Of a stretch of DNA of 64,000 nt, positions 1 through 18,782 are shown piece by piece. The notes under the pieces were generated by a model. The model saw only the letters and a list, made by a program, of their open reading frames with translations. It was not told where the DNA came from and did not search any database. Numbering within the stretch: position 1 is the stretch's first letter; each line of letters opens with the position of its first letter. A program made the position numbers and the translations under genes. Origin of the DNA: Macrostomum lignano (Eukaryota); NCBI GenBank assembly GCA_002269645.1, contig NIVC01002658.1, positions 1 to 64,000 of the forward strand, read 5' to 3'.

Positions 1-201
1 TGCAGGCTTAACCTGTTACTATTTTTTGGCTCTTGGCCATCATTTTTTAAACAAATAATTGGGGTTAGCTTAGAAAACAAGTGTTATGAAACCAAAGCTA
101 CTAAATTGGTGTAACATTCTACTTGAGCCATCTGGATTAAAGCCTCGTGATGGATTAAATTTGGCATGCACCTATCATGTCTTGTCTTGCTTCTAACTTC
201 C

Positions 202-1000
202 CTCCTCCAACCCACAGTGCTTTGGGTTGCCTCAAAGCTCCCCCCAACCCACAGTGCTTTGGGTTGCCTCAAAGCTCCCTTCCTCCAACCCACAGTGCTT
301 TGGGTTGCCTCAAAGCTCCCCTCCTTCAACCCACAGTGCTTTGGGTTGCCTCAAAGCTCCCCTCCTTCAACCCACAGTGCTTTGGGTTGCCTCAAAGCTC
401 CCTCCTCACCCACAGTGCTTGGGTTGCCTCAAAGCTTCCCTCCTTCAACGCACAGTGCTTTGGGTTGCCTCAAAGCTCCCCTCCTTCAACCCACAGTGCT
501 TTGGGGTTGCCTCAAAGCTCCCTTCCCAACCCACAGTGCTTTGGGTTGCCTCAAAGCCCTCCTCAACCCACAGTGCTTTGGGGTTGCCTCAAAGCTTCCC
601 TCCTTCAACCCACAAGTGCTTTGGGTTGCCTCAAAGCTTCCCTCCTCAACCCACAGTGCTTTGGGGTTGCCTCAAAGCTCCCCTCCTCAACCCACAGTGC
701 TTTGGGGTTGCCTCAAAGCTCCCCTCCTCAACCCACAGTGCTTTGGGGTTGCCTCAAAGCTTCCCTCCTTCAACCCACAAGTGCTTTGGGGTTGCCTCAA
801 AGCTCCCCTCCTCCAACCACAGTGCTTTGGGTTGCCTCAAAGCTCCCTTCCTCCAACCCACAGTGCTTTGGGTTTGCCTCAAAGCTCCCTTCCTCCAACC
901 CACAGTGCTTTGGGGTTGCCTCAAAGCTTCCCTCCTCCAACCCACAGTGCTTTGGGGTTGCCTCAAAGCTCCCCTCCTCCAGTGCTTTGGGTTGTCGCCA
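202..1000. repeat. Minisatellite, about 38-40-bp unit, about 20 copies
   Basis: CCTCCAACCCACAGTGCTTTGGGTTGCCTCAAAGCTCC repeated. Confidence 0.95.
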
Positions 1001-1101
1001 AGCGTTCCCTGTTCCTGTAACTAAATCGCATCTATGCTGAAGAAATTTTTAGTGTTAATTCACATCAGCCGTTTAAATTCGCTATAACGCGCAGCAGATA
1101 C

Positions 1102-6817
<5,716 letters not shown>

Positions 6818-7161
6818 TTTTACTAAAAATGTACGAGCCGGCGAAAGTAGTATCTGAAAAACTTTGAATATTTGCGGGCATTAAAAGACAAAAAAAGTTG
6901 AAAGTAAAGCAAGTCAAATTATTTTAGCGTCAGTGTATCAGTTGTCTATGCTAAGAAAAAATCATTAATTTTAGCAAAAGTACAAATAAAATACTTATAA
7001 AATTACTTTTAACTTATTTTTAGCGTATTTTGTCAACAGGTCAACAAACTTTGTTTTACTTAGTAACTAAGCCAAGCAATTACAAAAATGATATCAGATT
7101 TTTTTGCATTTTTTTGTCTAATCCCAGGGCTTGGTTGCATGGTAGCACCTTCCAAGCTTCA

Positions 7162-10100
7162 ATGATGGTTTCCTCTTGGATTGCACTTTTTATTTTGTCC
7201 TCAGTTTTATGTGGAGTCCTGTCACAATCAGAAGGTAGTAAGATTTTCTTAGTTAATTTCGTATTACGATTGCATTATCTTCTTGACAATTCTCGCATAT
7301 CCCTAACCGTGTAATGTAATCGATTATTTTTTAAATCAGGTGAATTTTAGTTTATTCCTCTGGGCTCTCGATTCATCAACTAGAATGATGGGCTATCTGG
7401 ATTCTGGCATATGAAGATCCGAGGCTTTTAACATCGGGTGAAGCGTAGTGCAGTGGCTGTCAAAGTCTACAAAATTTATGTATTCTCAATATAGTCTCCA
7501 AGTACTTTTGATTGAGTACTTTGGTAACATTGCATCTGAATTTTTTATGCATTTTTTATATTCACTTAAATATTGGGCTCTATTTTTTGCTCCCTCTGTC
7601 AACAGCTTGAATATTTCCAGTTTGTTTTAATAAAAATAGTCAATAATTTACACTTCTATATTTTGCTCTTTTTTGTTATGAATAGGCAAAATAGTTTTTA
7701 TAGACATCTGAATTAAGGCCAGTTGTGCAATTTTGTATATATATTGCTCGATGGTTGTTCAGCATCTCACTGGGTATTCAGCAGCAACCATTTTTTGCTC
7801 AATTATTTCACAGTATAACACTTCACATTTAGGCATCTACCTAAATATATATAAGCTATTTGAGAAGTATCTATTTAGGAATAGATACGAGCTATCAAGG
7901 AAATAAATAAATTGCCCCATTTCATATTTTTACTCCAATTACTATTTATGCTAACTCTCTTATACCAATAGCAATATTGATACCATGGCTCTAACAAGCA
8001 TTAAAATAGCAATTGTCACATGCAAAAAACATATATTGTAGGTTTTCTTGGATCTTGCACGTGTGACCTAACCAGCAATGCGTGCGACACAAACTGTTGC
8101 TGTGATCCAGACTGCCCGCTGGCTATAAAGGAAAGCTTTTCAACCTGCATCTCCACCTATAAGTAGTGAGTGTTACTGCTGATGTCTGATACCTAAATTG
8201 CCCACCCCAATCTATTACAGCTGAGCTATAACCGAAATTTGAACCCGATATTTAATTTCAGCGAAAATGCACTGTCATGCGATCAGTCCGAAGTGATTTA
8301 TCGCAATTTCACGTCCTACACATCGAATACGACGAGTGACAATTTTTTCTGCGTTTATTTTGACCGCTGTAAGTCCTCCTTATTTGAATTTTCTAAATGC
8401 TTGCCGGCGTAAAAAATGCTTGCTCAGCCCAGCTGTCACTGATTTTCATATCTATCTGCAGACACGTCCAGAAATTATTATGTCGACACTTCAATTGACG
8501 CAACCAGCGACTCGAGCGTCTCAACCGCCGTTAGCAACTACGGCACATCGAGTGCGTTCACCAACGTTACCTCTGGTCTCGATCCCGCGTCCTTGAGGAC
8601 TAGTTACCGGGTGAGGACAGGAAACTAGGCAACACATTTTGACCCTCCGTTGCCCTCCAGTGCTGAGTCTAACCCTCCAGTACTACCCTCCAGTGCTGAG
8701 TCTAACCCTCCAGTACTACCCTCCAGTGCTGAGTCTAACCCTCCAGTATTACCCTCCAGTGCTGAGTCTGACCCTCCAGTACTACCCTCCAGTGCTGAGT
8801 CTGACCCTCCAGTACTACCCTCCAGTGCTGAGTCTAACCCTCCAGTACTACCCTCCAGTGCTAAGTCTAACCCTCCAGTACTATACCCTCCAGTGCTGAG
8901 TCTAACCCTCCAATACTATACCCTCCAGTGCTGAGTCTAACCCTCCAATACTATACCCTCCAGTGCTGAGTCTAACCCTCCAATACTATACCCTCCAGTG
9001 CTGAGTCTACCTTCCAGTACTGAGTCTACCCTCCAGTGCTGAGTCTACATTCCAGTGCTGAGTCTACCTTCCAGTGCTGAGTCTACCCTCCAGTGCTGAG
9101 TCTACATTCCAGTACTGAGTCTACCCTTCAGTGCTGAGTCCACTCTCCAGTGCTGAGTCTTTCCTCTAGTGCTGAGTCTACATTCCAGTGCTGAGTCTAC
9201 ATTCCAGTGCTGAGTCTACATTCCAGTGCTGAGTCTACATTCCAGTACTGAGTCTAACCTCCAGTACTACCCTCCAGTGCTGAGTCTAACCCTCCAGTAC
9301 TACCCTCCAGTGCTGAGTCTAACCCTCCAGTACTACCCTCCAGTGCTGAGTCTAACCCTCCAGTACTACCCTCCAGTGCTGAGTCTAACCCTCCAGTACT
9401 ACCTTCCAGTGCTGATTCTACCCTCTAGTCTACCCCTTGCCCGCAGACCAATGTCCCGGTGCAGGCGCTCTACTCCATCGGCAGCGGAGTCCTCCCGGGC
9501 TTCCTGCTGCAGCCTCGATCGCTAGGCGGTCCCGCCTGCAGCTACGCCAGCCCGGCACTGTTCCTTGACTCGTCCAACAGCAGCTGCGCCAGGCAGGTGA
9601 CGGGCGCCTCCTGCACCACAGACTCCGTTGTCCGTCTGGACAGCTTTGTGTCCAACTTTCGTGTGGCCAGGTAAATCTGGGGCAATTATTACTGTAATAG
9701 ACTAGTGCGTTTCAACAGAACTTGCGTAACTAGCGATATCGATGACTACGCTCGTAATTTACCATAGAATATAGACCGGAGATCTCATCACTAGTGGCGG
9801 GAGTGAGGCCCAAATTGGAAGGGAAAAGGCCCGAATGCCCGATACCTCATGCAGGACTGCGGGCCAGAGGATGGGGAGAGAGGACAGAGAATGGAAAAGA
9901 GAGATAGCTAAGAGAAAGGCGAGGTGAGAAAATAAAGGAGGAAAGGAGACGAGAGGAGAAGAGAGGAGAGGAAAGGAGAGAAAGGGATTAGAGAGGATAT
10001 TAGAGAGCAGAGAGGTGAGATTAGACAACAAAATTTGAGCGGACCAGATTGCTTTGTGAAGTTTCAAAGGGCCCGAGGGCCCGAAGGCCGGAGTTTGCTG

Positions 10101-13100
10101 AACACTGCTTTAGGTGAAAGAAGATACGAGAGAAGTGAGCCTGAGACTTGTTTAGTAAATATTTATGCTAGTAGTTGTTTATTACTCAAATGTTTAGTTT
10201 TGAGCCTGCAAAAAAACAATTTTACAATGTGATTCCTCAATTCGCAGAATCAAAAAATTTAGGAATTTGTGTCTATAATTAAAAATTTCTAGGGCCCGAA
10301 AAAAGGCTACTCCTCACTCCCACCAACCCTGGAATACAAATCTGGAATCTCATCCCTATTGAAACACAGGCCGCTAGCTGGTAAATTGCTAGCAAAGCAT
10401 CTTGAATCCCACGCCTTAGCGTATAACCCTTGGAATATTTCCCAATGCAAGACTCAAACACCATAGACTCAGACACCATAGACTCAGACACCATAGACTC
10501 AGACACCATAGACTCAGACACCATAGACTCAGACACCATAGACTCAGACACCATAGACTCAGACACCATAGACTCAGACACCATAGACTCAGACACCATA
10601 GACTCAGACACCATAGACTCAGACACCATAGACTCAGACACCATAGACTCAGACACCATAAACTCAGACACCATAGACTCAGACACCATAGACTCAAACA
10701 CCATAGACTCAAACACCATAGACTCAAACACCATAGACTCAAACACCATAGACTCAGACACCATAGACTCAAACACCATAGACTCAAACACCATAGACTC
10801 AGACACCATAGACTCAAACACCATAGACTCAGACACCATAGACTCAGACACCATAGACTCAGACACCATAGACTCAGACACCATAGACTCAGACACCATA
10901 GACTCAAACACCATAGACTCAGACACCATAGACTCAAACACCAAAGACTCAGACCTCAATGGCCAGTCCAGCTCACCTTGAACTCATCCAGCAAAGCGAA
11001 TACGCACGCAGGCAGCCAACCCTGTTAAACGCCGTCACTGCCTACGACGGACCGGAGCTGGTCAGCGTGACGCAGGCCTCGATTCTCTGCCTTGACTCTG
11101 CCGGAGCCAACCTCAGCTGCACAGGGGTGCCAGCGCCCAGTCTGGATAAAACCGGCTGCGTCAATGTGCTGAGCGAGGTTCGAATTGATTTTTGGCTGCT
11201 GTGTGACCGCAGGGTCGCGCACTCCTGTTTATCATGGCTAATTCCGCTCCTACTTTCAATTTCCGCCCCCTACTTCTAATTTCCGCCCCTACTTTCAATT
11301 TCCGCCCCTACTTCCAATTTCCGCCCCCTACTTTCAATTTCCGCCCCTAATTTAAATTTCCGCCCCTACTTTCACTTTCCGCCCCTACTTTCAATTTCCG
11401 CCCCTACTTCCAATTTCCGCCCCTACTTTCACTTTCCGCCCCCTACTTTCAATTTCCGCCCCGCGAATTTCCCTTTCCGCCCCCTAATGTCACTTTCCGC
11501 CCCACCTTAACTTCACTTTCCGCCCCACGAATTTCCCTTTCCGCCCCCTAATGTCACTTTCCGCCCCACCTTAACTTCACTTTCCGCCTCCTACTTTCAA
11601 TTTCCGCATCTTACTTCTAATTTCCGCCCCTACTTTCAATTTCCGCCCCTACTTTCACTTTCCGCCCCCTACTTTCAATTTCCGCCCTGCGAATTTCCCT
11701 TTTCGCCCCCTAATTTCACTTTCCGCCCCACCTTAACTTCACTTTCCGCCTCCTACTTTCAATTTCCACATCTTACTTCTAATTTCCGCCCCTACTTTCA
11801 ATTTCCGCCCCTACTTTCAATTTCCGCCCCTACTTTCACTTTCCGCCCCCTACTTTCAATTTCCGCCCCGCGAATTTCCCTTTCCGCCCCCTAATGTCAC
11901 TTTCCGCCCCACCTTAACTTCACTTTCCGCCCCCTACTTTCAATTTCCGCCCCTACTTTCAATTTCCGTCCCTACTTTCAATTTCCGTCCCTACTTTCAA
12001 TTCCTGCCCCTACTTTCAATTTCCGCCCCTACTTTCAATTTCCGTCCCTACTTTCAATTTCCGCCCCCTACTGTCAATTTCCGCCCCTACTTTCAATTTC
12101 CGTCCCTACTTTCAATTTCCGTCCCTACTGTCAATTTCCGCCCCTACTTTCAATTTCCGTCCCTACTTTCAATTTCCGTCCCTACTTTCAATTTCCGCCC
12201 CTACTTTTAATTTCCGCCCCTACTTTCAATTTCCGCCCGTACTTTCAATTTCCGCCCCCTATTTTCAATTTTCGCCCCGCGAATTTCACTTTCCGCCCCC
12301 TACTTTCAATTTCCGCCCCACCTTAACTTCACTTTCCGCCCCCTACTTTCAATTTCCGCCCCTACTTTCAATTTCCGTCCCTACTTTCAATTTCCGTCCC
12401 TACTTTCAATTCCTGCCCCTACTTTCAATTTCCGCCCCTACTTTCAATTTCCGTCCCTACTTTCAATTTCCGCCCCCTACTGTCAATTTCCGCCCCTACT
12501 TTCAATTTCCGTCATTACTTTCAATTTCCGTCCCTACTTTCAATTTCCGCCCCTACTTTCAATTTCCGCCCCTACTTTCAATTTCCGCCCCTACTTTCAA
12601 TTTCCGCCCGTACTTTCAATTTCCGCCCCCTATTTTCAATTTTCGCTCCTACTTTCACTTTCCGCCCCCTACTTTCAATTTCCGCCCTGCGAATTTCCCT
12701 TTCCGCCCCCTAATTTCACTTTCCGCCCACCCTAACTTCACTTTCCGCCCTCTACTTTGACTTTCCGCCCTCTACTTTGACTTTCCGCCCACCCTAACTT
12801 CACTTTCCGCCCTCTACTTTCACTTTCCGCCCACCCTAATTTCACTTTTTGCTCCCTTCTCCTACGGAAATCGCCGAAATTGGCCAGGGGTTGCCAAGCG
12901 ATTCACGGCCATGAGGGCCAACCCCCCCCCCAGACACACAGAGAGCGTACATGCCTGACGATTAGAAAGTCAGGGCTCATGTACACCCTGCGTGAGCGTG
13001 TGTATGAGTGCGTGCCTGCGTACAGTGTACAGTATTGTAAGTTTGTAAGTATAGAATGCTGCAGACATGCCCCAGGGTGCCCGCAGCCCTCCTTACGCTG

Positions 13101-16100
13101 ATCTTCATTCAGACTGAAGAACCAGTTCTAAATTGGCAATAAAATCCGCTACACTGCAGCTGAGGTACAACATTATCTACACCCACGGCAGCGGAATCAC
13201 GGAGGTCACCTATGACGCGGTGCTTCGAACAATTCCCGTCGACACGGCCGTTCTGCAGAAGTTTCAGTTGAGCTATAATTTTGTAAGTTGACAATTGCAG
13301 AATCATGAGTATCCAGCATTAAAGTATATAGCATATTTTTGTCCAATATTTTGCCAGCCAATGAGTAGCAATTCACGAGCTTCTCATGACTCATGACTTC
13401 CGCTATCTACTGTACCCTCGCCTCAGCTACCCTCTCAGCTATCCTCGCCTCAGCTACCCTCTCAGCTACCCTCGCCTCAGCTACCCTCTCAGCTACCTTC
13501 TCCTCAGCTACCCTCGCCTCAGCTACCTTCTCCTCAGCTACCCTCGCCTCAGCTACCCTCGCCTCAGCTACTCTCTCAGCTACCTTCTCCTCAGCTACCC
13601 TCGCCTCAGCTACCCTCGCCTCAGCTACTCTCTCAGCTACCTTCTCCTCAACTACCCTCTCCTCAGCTACCCTTCCCCCAGATATCACACCCCTGAGCTA
13701 CAATACCCTTAAGCTACCGCACCCCTAAGCTACCGCACCCCTAATCTACCGCACCCCTAAGCTACCGCACCCCTAAGCTACCGCACCCCTAAGCTACCGC
13801 ACCCCTAAGCTACCGCACCCCTAAGCTACCGCACCCCTAAGGTACCGCACCCCTAAGCTACCGCACCCCTAAGGTACCGCACCCCTAAGCTACCGCACCC
13901 CTAAGCTACCGCACCCCTAAGCTACCGCACCCCTAAGCTACCGCACCCCTAAGCTACCGCACCCCTAAGCTACCGCACCCCTAAGCTACCGCACCCCTAA
14001 GCTACCGCACCCATAAGCTACCGCACCCCTAAGCTACCGCCCCCTAATGCTACCGCACCCCTAAGCTACCGCACCCCTAAGCTACCGCACCCCTAAGCTA
14101 CCGCACCCCTAAGCTACCGCACCCCTAAGCTACCGCACCCCTAAGCTACCGCACCCCTAAGCTACCGCACCACTAAGCTACCGCACCCCTAAGCTACCCT
14201 CCCAGCTTAGCAGCTTCAATCAGCCATGAGCGCCAGCACCCACCCATCGCTGAACCGCAGAGTGGCAGCGCTTCGGCTGACCTATTTGCCAGAAGCGGAA
14301 ATCCGGGCTACCTGACCGGCCAGCCGCTCCTTGCCGGAGTGGCAAATTCCACATCTCGGACAGTCGGCCCGGTGTCCGGCCCGGACCGTTGGCGCCTCAA
14401 CCTGCCGCCGGTGGATGCCAACGGCGCCTGCAACGACGCTGCCGTGGGCAGCTCGGTGGGCCAGGCGGTGCTGTTCGGGGAGAACATCCGGGCCAGCTGC
14501 CGGCGGACCCTGTCCTGGAATGCCACCAGAAACCAGCTGATCAGCTCGTGCAGCTCGGTGAATTCCGCAATCCAGCGCTCTCTGATCGGCCTGGGCTTCG
14601 GCGGCAACATCTCCCTGGCCGCGTTCGGCAACGCCAGCGCCGCCAACTCCAGCGACTGGCTGACGGTCAGCGTGGATCCGACATCGTGCGTGCAGCCCAG
14701 CCCGGGCCAGGCGGCCACGGCCTGCACCAACATGATCCTGGGCGGCCGGCTGGAGCTGCTGATGGCCCGGGCTGGCTCGCTGTCCAATGCGCAGAGCAAA
14801 CTGGTGGCCGCAAGACTATCCTGCGATGTTGGCACGATCGCGTTTCCGGCAAGTACCTCGCTTTGATGGCCTGGGTCGGGGTCCGCTAGCTAGCAGTTTA
14901 TTGTATAAGTTTCACTACTGATTTTGAGACATGGTGCCACCCGCTGAAGGTGACGAAAGCGTCAGAGTGATGTCGGAATGCTTGAGAGACTACTTGCGGG
15001 TAACCCAGCAGTTGAGGCTTGCCCATTGTCGAGGTTTGATCAGAGACATCAGTGAAATTCCTAATAGGGTATCCATAGTCACCTATATAGTCCACCTGGA
15101 TGAAGGCCAGTAACCAACAAAGTCAGGCCTGATGCAGACATACAGTATGTGGTCGACATGCTGATGAAATTTGGAGGCTCGGCGCAGTGCTGATTGGCGC
15201 ACAGGGGTGTATTCAATACACCAGCGCTTATATGAAAAATCCGACCTGTTGAATATCTCGACGTTTCAGAGGTCTAGCGACTTAATTCTTGTTTGAGAAG
15301 GTGCTCAACAAAAATTAAGCCCGTGTTCTGAAATTTCGTGTGCCTGCGTTGCTCCGTTCCGGCGCAGCAAAAAAAAATTCAAGGAGATCCCCCTTTAGTA
15401 GTTCCACTGCTAATATTGGTTCCGCCTAGGTGAAGGATCAACGCGTAGAAACTGAGGGTCCACCGCGGGTACCTCAATTTCGAACGAATGATCGACTCAG
15501 CTGCAGGGGGTTCCGGGCATCCGGATACAGCGGGGAGGCGTCGCCGCCCATTCCGCTAATCCCTGGCGACCGTGGGCAGCTGGTGCTGCGGTGTCGCGCA
15601 GGGAGATCCGGTGGTGCCCCGGGAGAGTCCAGAAGGTGGATGGTCGCTCGCCCGGTAGCCTTAAGGTAGCAGACGAGCTGGCAGAGGTTCTCGTGCCTGA
15701 AAAAAATCGGAGAGGTCCGGGTTTGGGCCGAGATAGGCGAGCCTGTCCTGAGTAAAGGCGAGATATTCGCAGATGAAGTCCTCCGCATTCTCGACACCCT
15801 GATGTTTCTGCGGTTGACTAATGAGAATTGACTGGGTAATGAATTAAAGGTAATTGTAATTAAGGAGCTAACTATCCGGAATTCAACCGAATAGGCTTCC
15901 ATTCGAAGGGATTCTGTTGATTTAGCTATAAACTTCTAATTCGCCGACCACCCTGTCCGTCGTGCAGTGCGCCGCCGGGTCCTGCACCGCCGTCAGCGAC
16001 GCCAGCACAATCAACTTTCTAACCTCCTACACCGTGTCCTTCATCGATGTCACTGGCGAATCGCTTGAAGGCGCTAAGCAGCGCCCAGTGTACCTGCTCC

Positions 16101-16231
16101 GGCTGCCCACCGACTTCTTCTATCCGCTCTACACCAGCCGCGGCGGCCGGGTGGCAGGCGGCTCGATCTCCATGCCGCTGCTGTGCCTGCTGCTCCTGCT
16201 ACTGCTGGTGCCTCGCAGCCCCGTGGCCTGA
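7162..16231 (+). CDS. TCTN: Tectonic family protein (MKS-module transition-zone glycoprotein), 9 exons, about 605 aa
   Basis: Exons 7162-7234 (signal peptide MMVSSWIALFILSSVLCGVLSQSE), 8042-8165 (CTCDLTSNACDTNCCCDPDC, the hallmark tectonic Cys motif), 8262-8368, 8462-8610, 9447-9670, 11012-11177, 13160-13282, 14261-14848 (RSGNPGYLTGQPL; AAFGNA..SDW) and 15968-16231 (VSFIDVT..LPTDFFYPL plus hydrophobic C-terminus). Phases are consistent and total 1818 nt. Confidence 0.92.
8640..9440. repeat. Minisatellite in Tectonic intron 4 (33-bp unit with shorter 20-bp variants in the middle)
   Basis: TACCCTCCAGTGCTGAGTCTAACCCTCCAGTAC repeated. Confidence 0.95.
10450..10955. repeat. 15-bp minisatellite, about 33 copies, Tectonic intron 5
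   Basis: GACTCA(G/A)ACACCATA repeated. Confidence 0.95.
11245..12850. repeat. 19-20-bp minisatellite, about 80 copies with higher-order blocks, Tectonic intron 6
   Basis: TTCCGCCCCTACTTTCAAT repeated with recurring variant cassettes. Confidence 0.95.
13410..14200. repeat. Two adjacent related arrays (about 15-bp CTCAGCTACCCTCGC, then 17-bp CCCCTAAGCTACCGCAC-type), Tectonic intron 7
   Basis: Direct inspection; both share an AGCTACC core. Confidence 0.95.
15400..15830 (-). mobile_element. 3' fragment of a second LOA/R1-like LINE inside Tectonic intron 8
   Basis: With one frameshift at a T-run, the minus strand reads GVENAEDFICEYLAFTQDRLAYLGPNPDLSDFFRHENLCQLVCYLKATGR. This parallels the C-terminus of the LINE at 30857 ([38 protein letters not shown]). 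Confidence 0.5.
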
Positions 16232-17590
16232 TGACCGCCGGCCCCAAAGGTAATTGCTGCTGGAAGTTGCTTTCTTTGCTGCATCATTAAGAAAAGAAAC
16301 GCCAACAGAAACACACAGTAAAATTTTGTTGCCAACGCGTTCCGTCTATCATAGACGTCGTCAGGCCCAATTCAATTCAAGTGATCTTCGCACACCAGTA
16401 TATTTAAGAACAAGCTGTACTGTCCGAAATCGGGTTAGAACAATCTGGTAGAGTTTCAAAACGAGCATAAGTACAGAACGAAGGGAGAGAGAGAATAGAC
16501 ACGGTACTGCTCACAGTACTCTGAGCTCACGCTCCACCCCATTGCCAGCTAGCTGCACATTCAAGTTGGATTTGTGCATTCGGATACACGAAGCTACAAT
16601 AATCTGAGGCTTATGGCCAAATTTGGACCCATCTAACACTTTGAATAGCTGAATCGGCTTCCTGTCGCAACACAAACTCCGGCCCGCGAAGTCTCTCTAA
16701 TCCGGCCCTCGGTTACTTTGAAACTTCACAATAGCAACCAGGGCCCACTCTCGCCTCTATCTTCTGTCCTCTCATCTTATCGTTTCTCTTCTCTCTACTG
16801 TTGAGGTATAAAAAGTCTGCCGATAAAAACAATTTCGCGGATGCTTTGTGCGCCTGCGGTGCTCCAACTCTGATTACATTTTGCATACAACCCGTTAACT
16901 TTCAGAGGTCGGTTCTGTAAGGTCAAGATCTGCATGGCAGCCAGTCACGTGACTGCTGGGACTTGCTTCGATCTAAAATGGTATTTTACTCTCTGGCGGA
17001 GCGCTGGCGTTCCTGCTGCCACGAGTTGTTGAATTTCAACAACGCGTATTTGCATGTACTTGCTTTCGCCCCGGATGTACTTTGAGTCTTTTCGGCTGTT
17101 ATGTACTAAGTATGTTATATCATGCCATGTTACAGTTATGTTATATCAACAAGAGATTTACTAGCTCGTATAGTTGATAGCAGTTTTCACTTTTTTCACG
17201 CAGCGTCTGTCTGTCACCAGTTTGTATTATTGATATAAATTTATTCATTACTGAGATATAAGACTATGCACAGCGAATAGGCATGTGCATGCAATTCTGA
17301 AACTATTACGGGTAATTGCAAACGTAACGAAAATAAAAAGAATTATTTTTAAACTCAATCTTATCGTATATGTCCTGAAATGACTGACTGAATGACTGAA
17401 ATGACCAAAAACAGACTTTTTTATGACCGAGATGTCAGCTTTTCATGACCGGATCATCAAAATAACTGAATTCTAATTCAATCAATTCGATATTAACTCA
17501 TTTTGCATTACACAGGCATCAACTAAATTGCAAAACAAAGTCTGTCAAAGGCACAATAGTTAGGCCTGATGGAAACCGAAGCTCGATTGT

Positions 17591-18370
17591 TTAAGACTCA
17601 GCCGGCCAATTCTTTGGATGGTTCTTCACTCTAACATTGATGATGTAGTCATCCGGACTCGGCCGTTTTGGGAACAGCGCTTCGTTCTTTGACGCCTTCT
17701 TTGCGACTTTCTTTGCGATCCTTTTCACTCGCTTTCTCTCCCGCTTGGCCTGCTTCCTCTGCTGCTTCTCCTCCTCCTTCAGCTTCTTCTTCTCCTCGTC
17801 AGTTAATGCGGCTTCCGGCTTTCCCTGCTCCGACTTTGCATCCTCGGTGGCAGCGGCTTCAGACTTTGTATCTGTTTGAGCTGCAGACTCCTCCTGATCC
17901 TCTTCCGCCTGCTCCAGCTCGCCTTCCTCATATTCGCCCTCTTCGACTTCATCCCTTGTGTCGCTGTCCGTGACTTCGACTTCAATTTGCGAATTACTGT
18001 CCTCTGCAGTTGCCAGCAGAATACAGGTTTCGTCCGACGAGACTTCCCCTGGACTGCCTTCAATGACTTCCTGCTTCTTCTTTGCCGATATCTCACCAGC
18101 TTCTGCGTCATCCGAAGGCTGCGATTCTTTGGTTTCACTCTCGGCGGCGGCAGTCGGTTCATTTGTCGAAGCTGCTGAATCCTTGGCGTCGTTAGCGTTT
18201 TCGCCACTGGTGCTAGTAGCATCCGCAAGTTCAGCAGAATGATCGGCATTGTGATGCATCATTGCTTCTTGAAGGCCCTCGTCGCAATCGACATCATCCG
18301 CCGCAAAGCTTGTTGTAGCGCTGCTGACGTTCAACTCTCTGGGATTTACCGTCATGGCTTGCCGCACCAT
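17591..18370 (-). CDS. Single-exon 259-aa acidic, low-complexity protein with a Lys/Arg-rich C-terminal segment; no recognised domain
   Basis: Long open frame with GC-rich coding-like composition inside AT-rich flanks; in-frame TAA just upstream of the ATG; E/D/A/S-rich body followed by EEKKKLKEEEKQQRKQAKRERKRVKRIAKKVAKK. Confidence 0.6.
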   Translation of the reverse strand: MVRQAMTVNPRELNVSSATTSFAADDVDCDEGLQEAMMHHNADHSAELADATSTSGENANDAKDSAASTNEPTAAAESETKESQPSDDAEAGEISAKKKQEVIEGSPGEVSSDETCILLATAEDSNSQIEVEVTDSDTRDEVEEGEYEEGELEQAEEDQEESAAQTDTKSEAAATEDAKSEQGKPEAALTDEEKKKLKEEEKQQRKQAKRERKRVKRIAKKVAKKASKNEALFPKRPSPDDYIINVRVKNHPKNWPAES

Positions 18371-18584
18371 TGTGAAACCCGCTTTGATTTATCTGATCAG
18401 CTCAAGAATGACTCTGAACGAGAAAAGCTCCTACGTCATCCGGAATTTAGTGTAATCCGTGGTTATTAGGAAAATTATTCTAGAAAATATGCTTCTGTAA
18501 TAATTTGAGATATGCACGTGGCTTTGGCCATAGAAATTAAAGATTTTTGGTGCAACATTATATTAGATATAGATTACAGCTAGC

Positions 18585-18782
18585 ACTGATAAAACTCAGG
18601 ATGCGGAACTTAAACTTAATAGGAATTTTTTCAAGGCCCGCCTGAAAGCATTTTCTATGGTCATAAGTCTAACTAATTGGAGTGCAACACTAATAACTAT
18701 TCAAAGCCAGCAGTATGGCTGATTTTAGAATGGTACAAATTCCTACCAAGTTTAAGTTCTGCGTCCTGAGTTTTTCAGCAGT
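18585..18782. mobile_element. Small MITE with about 45-bp imperfect TIRs
   Basis: AAAACTCAGGATGCGGAACTTAAACTT and AAGTTTAAGTTCTGCGTCCTGAGTTTT. Confidence 0.55.

Noticed and set aside
70-171. Further NPHP1-like exon (VHAKFNPSRGF..)
   Set aside because: The acceptor and phase fit, but the peptide shows no recognisable similarity and stops early; it cannot be resolved at the window edge.
166-1040. Long ORFs in several frames across the first array, and likewise at 2000-2589, 8639-8934, 10279-10981, 13386-13728, 41554-41964, 44934-45861, 49225-51110, 56384-57596 and 61024-61531
   Set aside because: These are stop-free translations of tandem repeats lying in introns or intergenic DNA; spliced models skip them cleanly.
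16935-16960. GTCACGTGAC palindrome as a CLEAR/E-box regulatory site
   Set aside because: It lies between two gene 3' ends, and the same motif forms the centre of a MITE at 21070, so a repeat origin is at least as likely.
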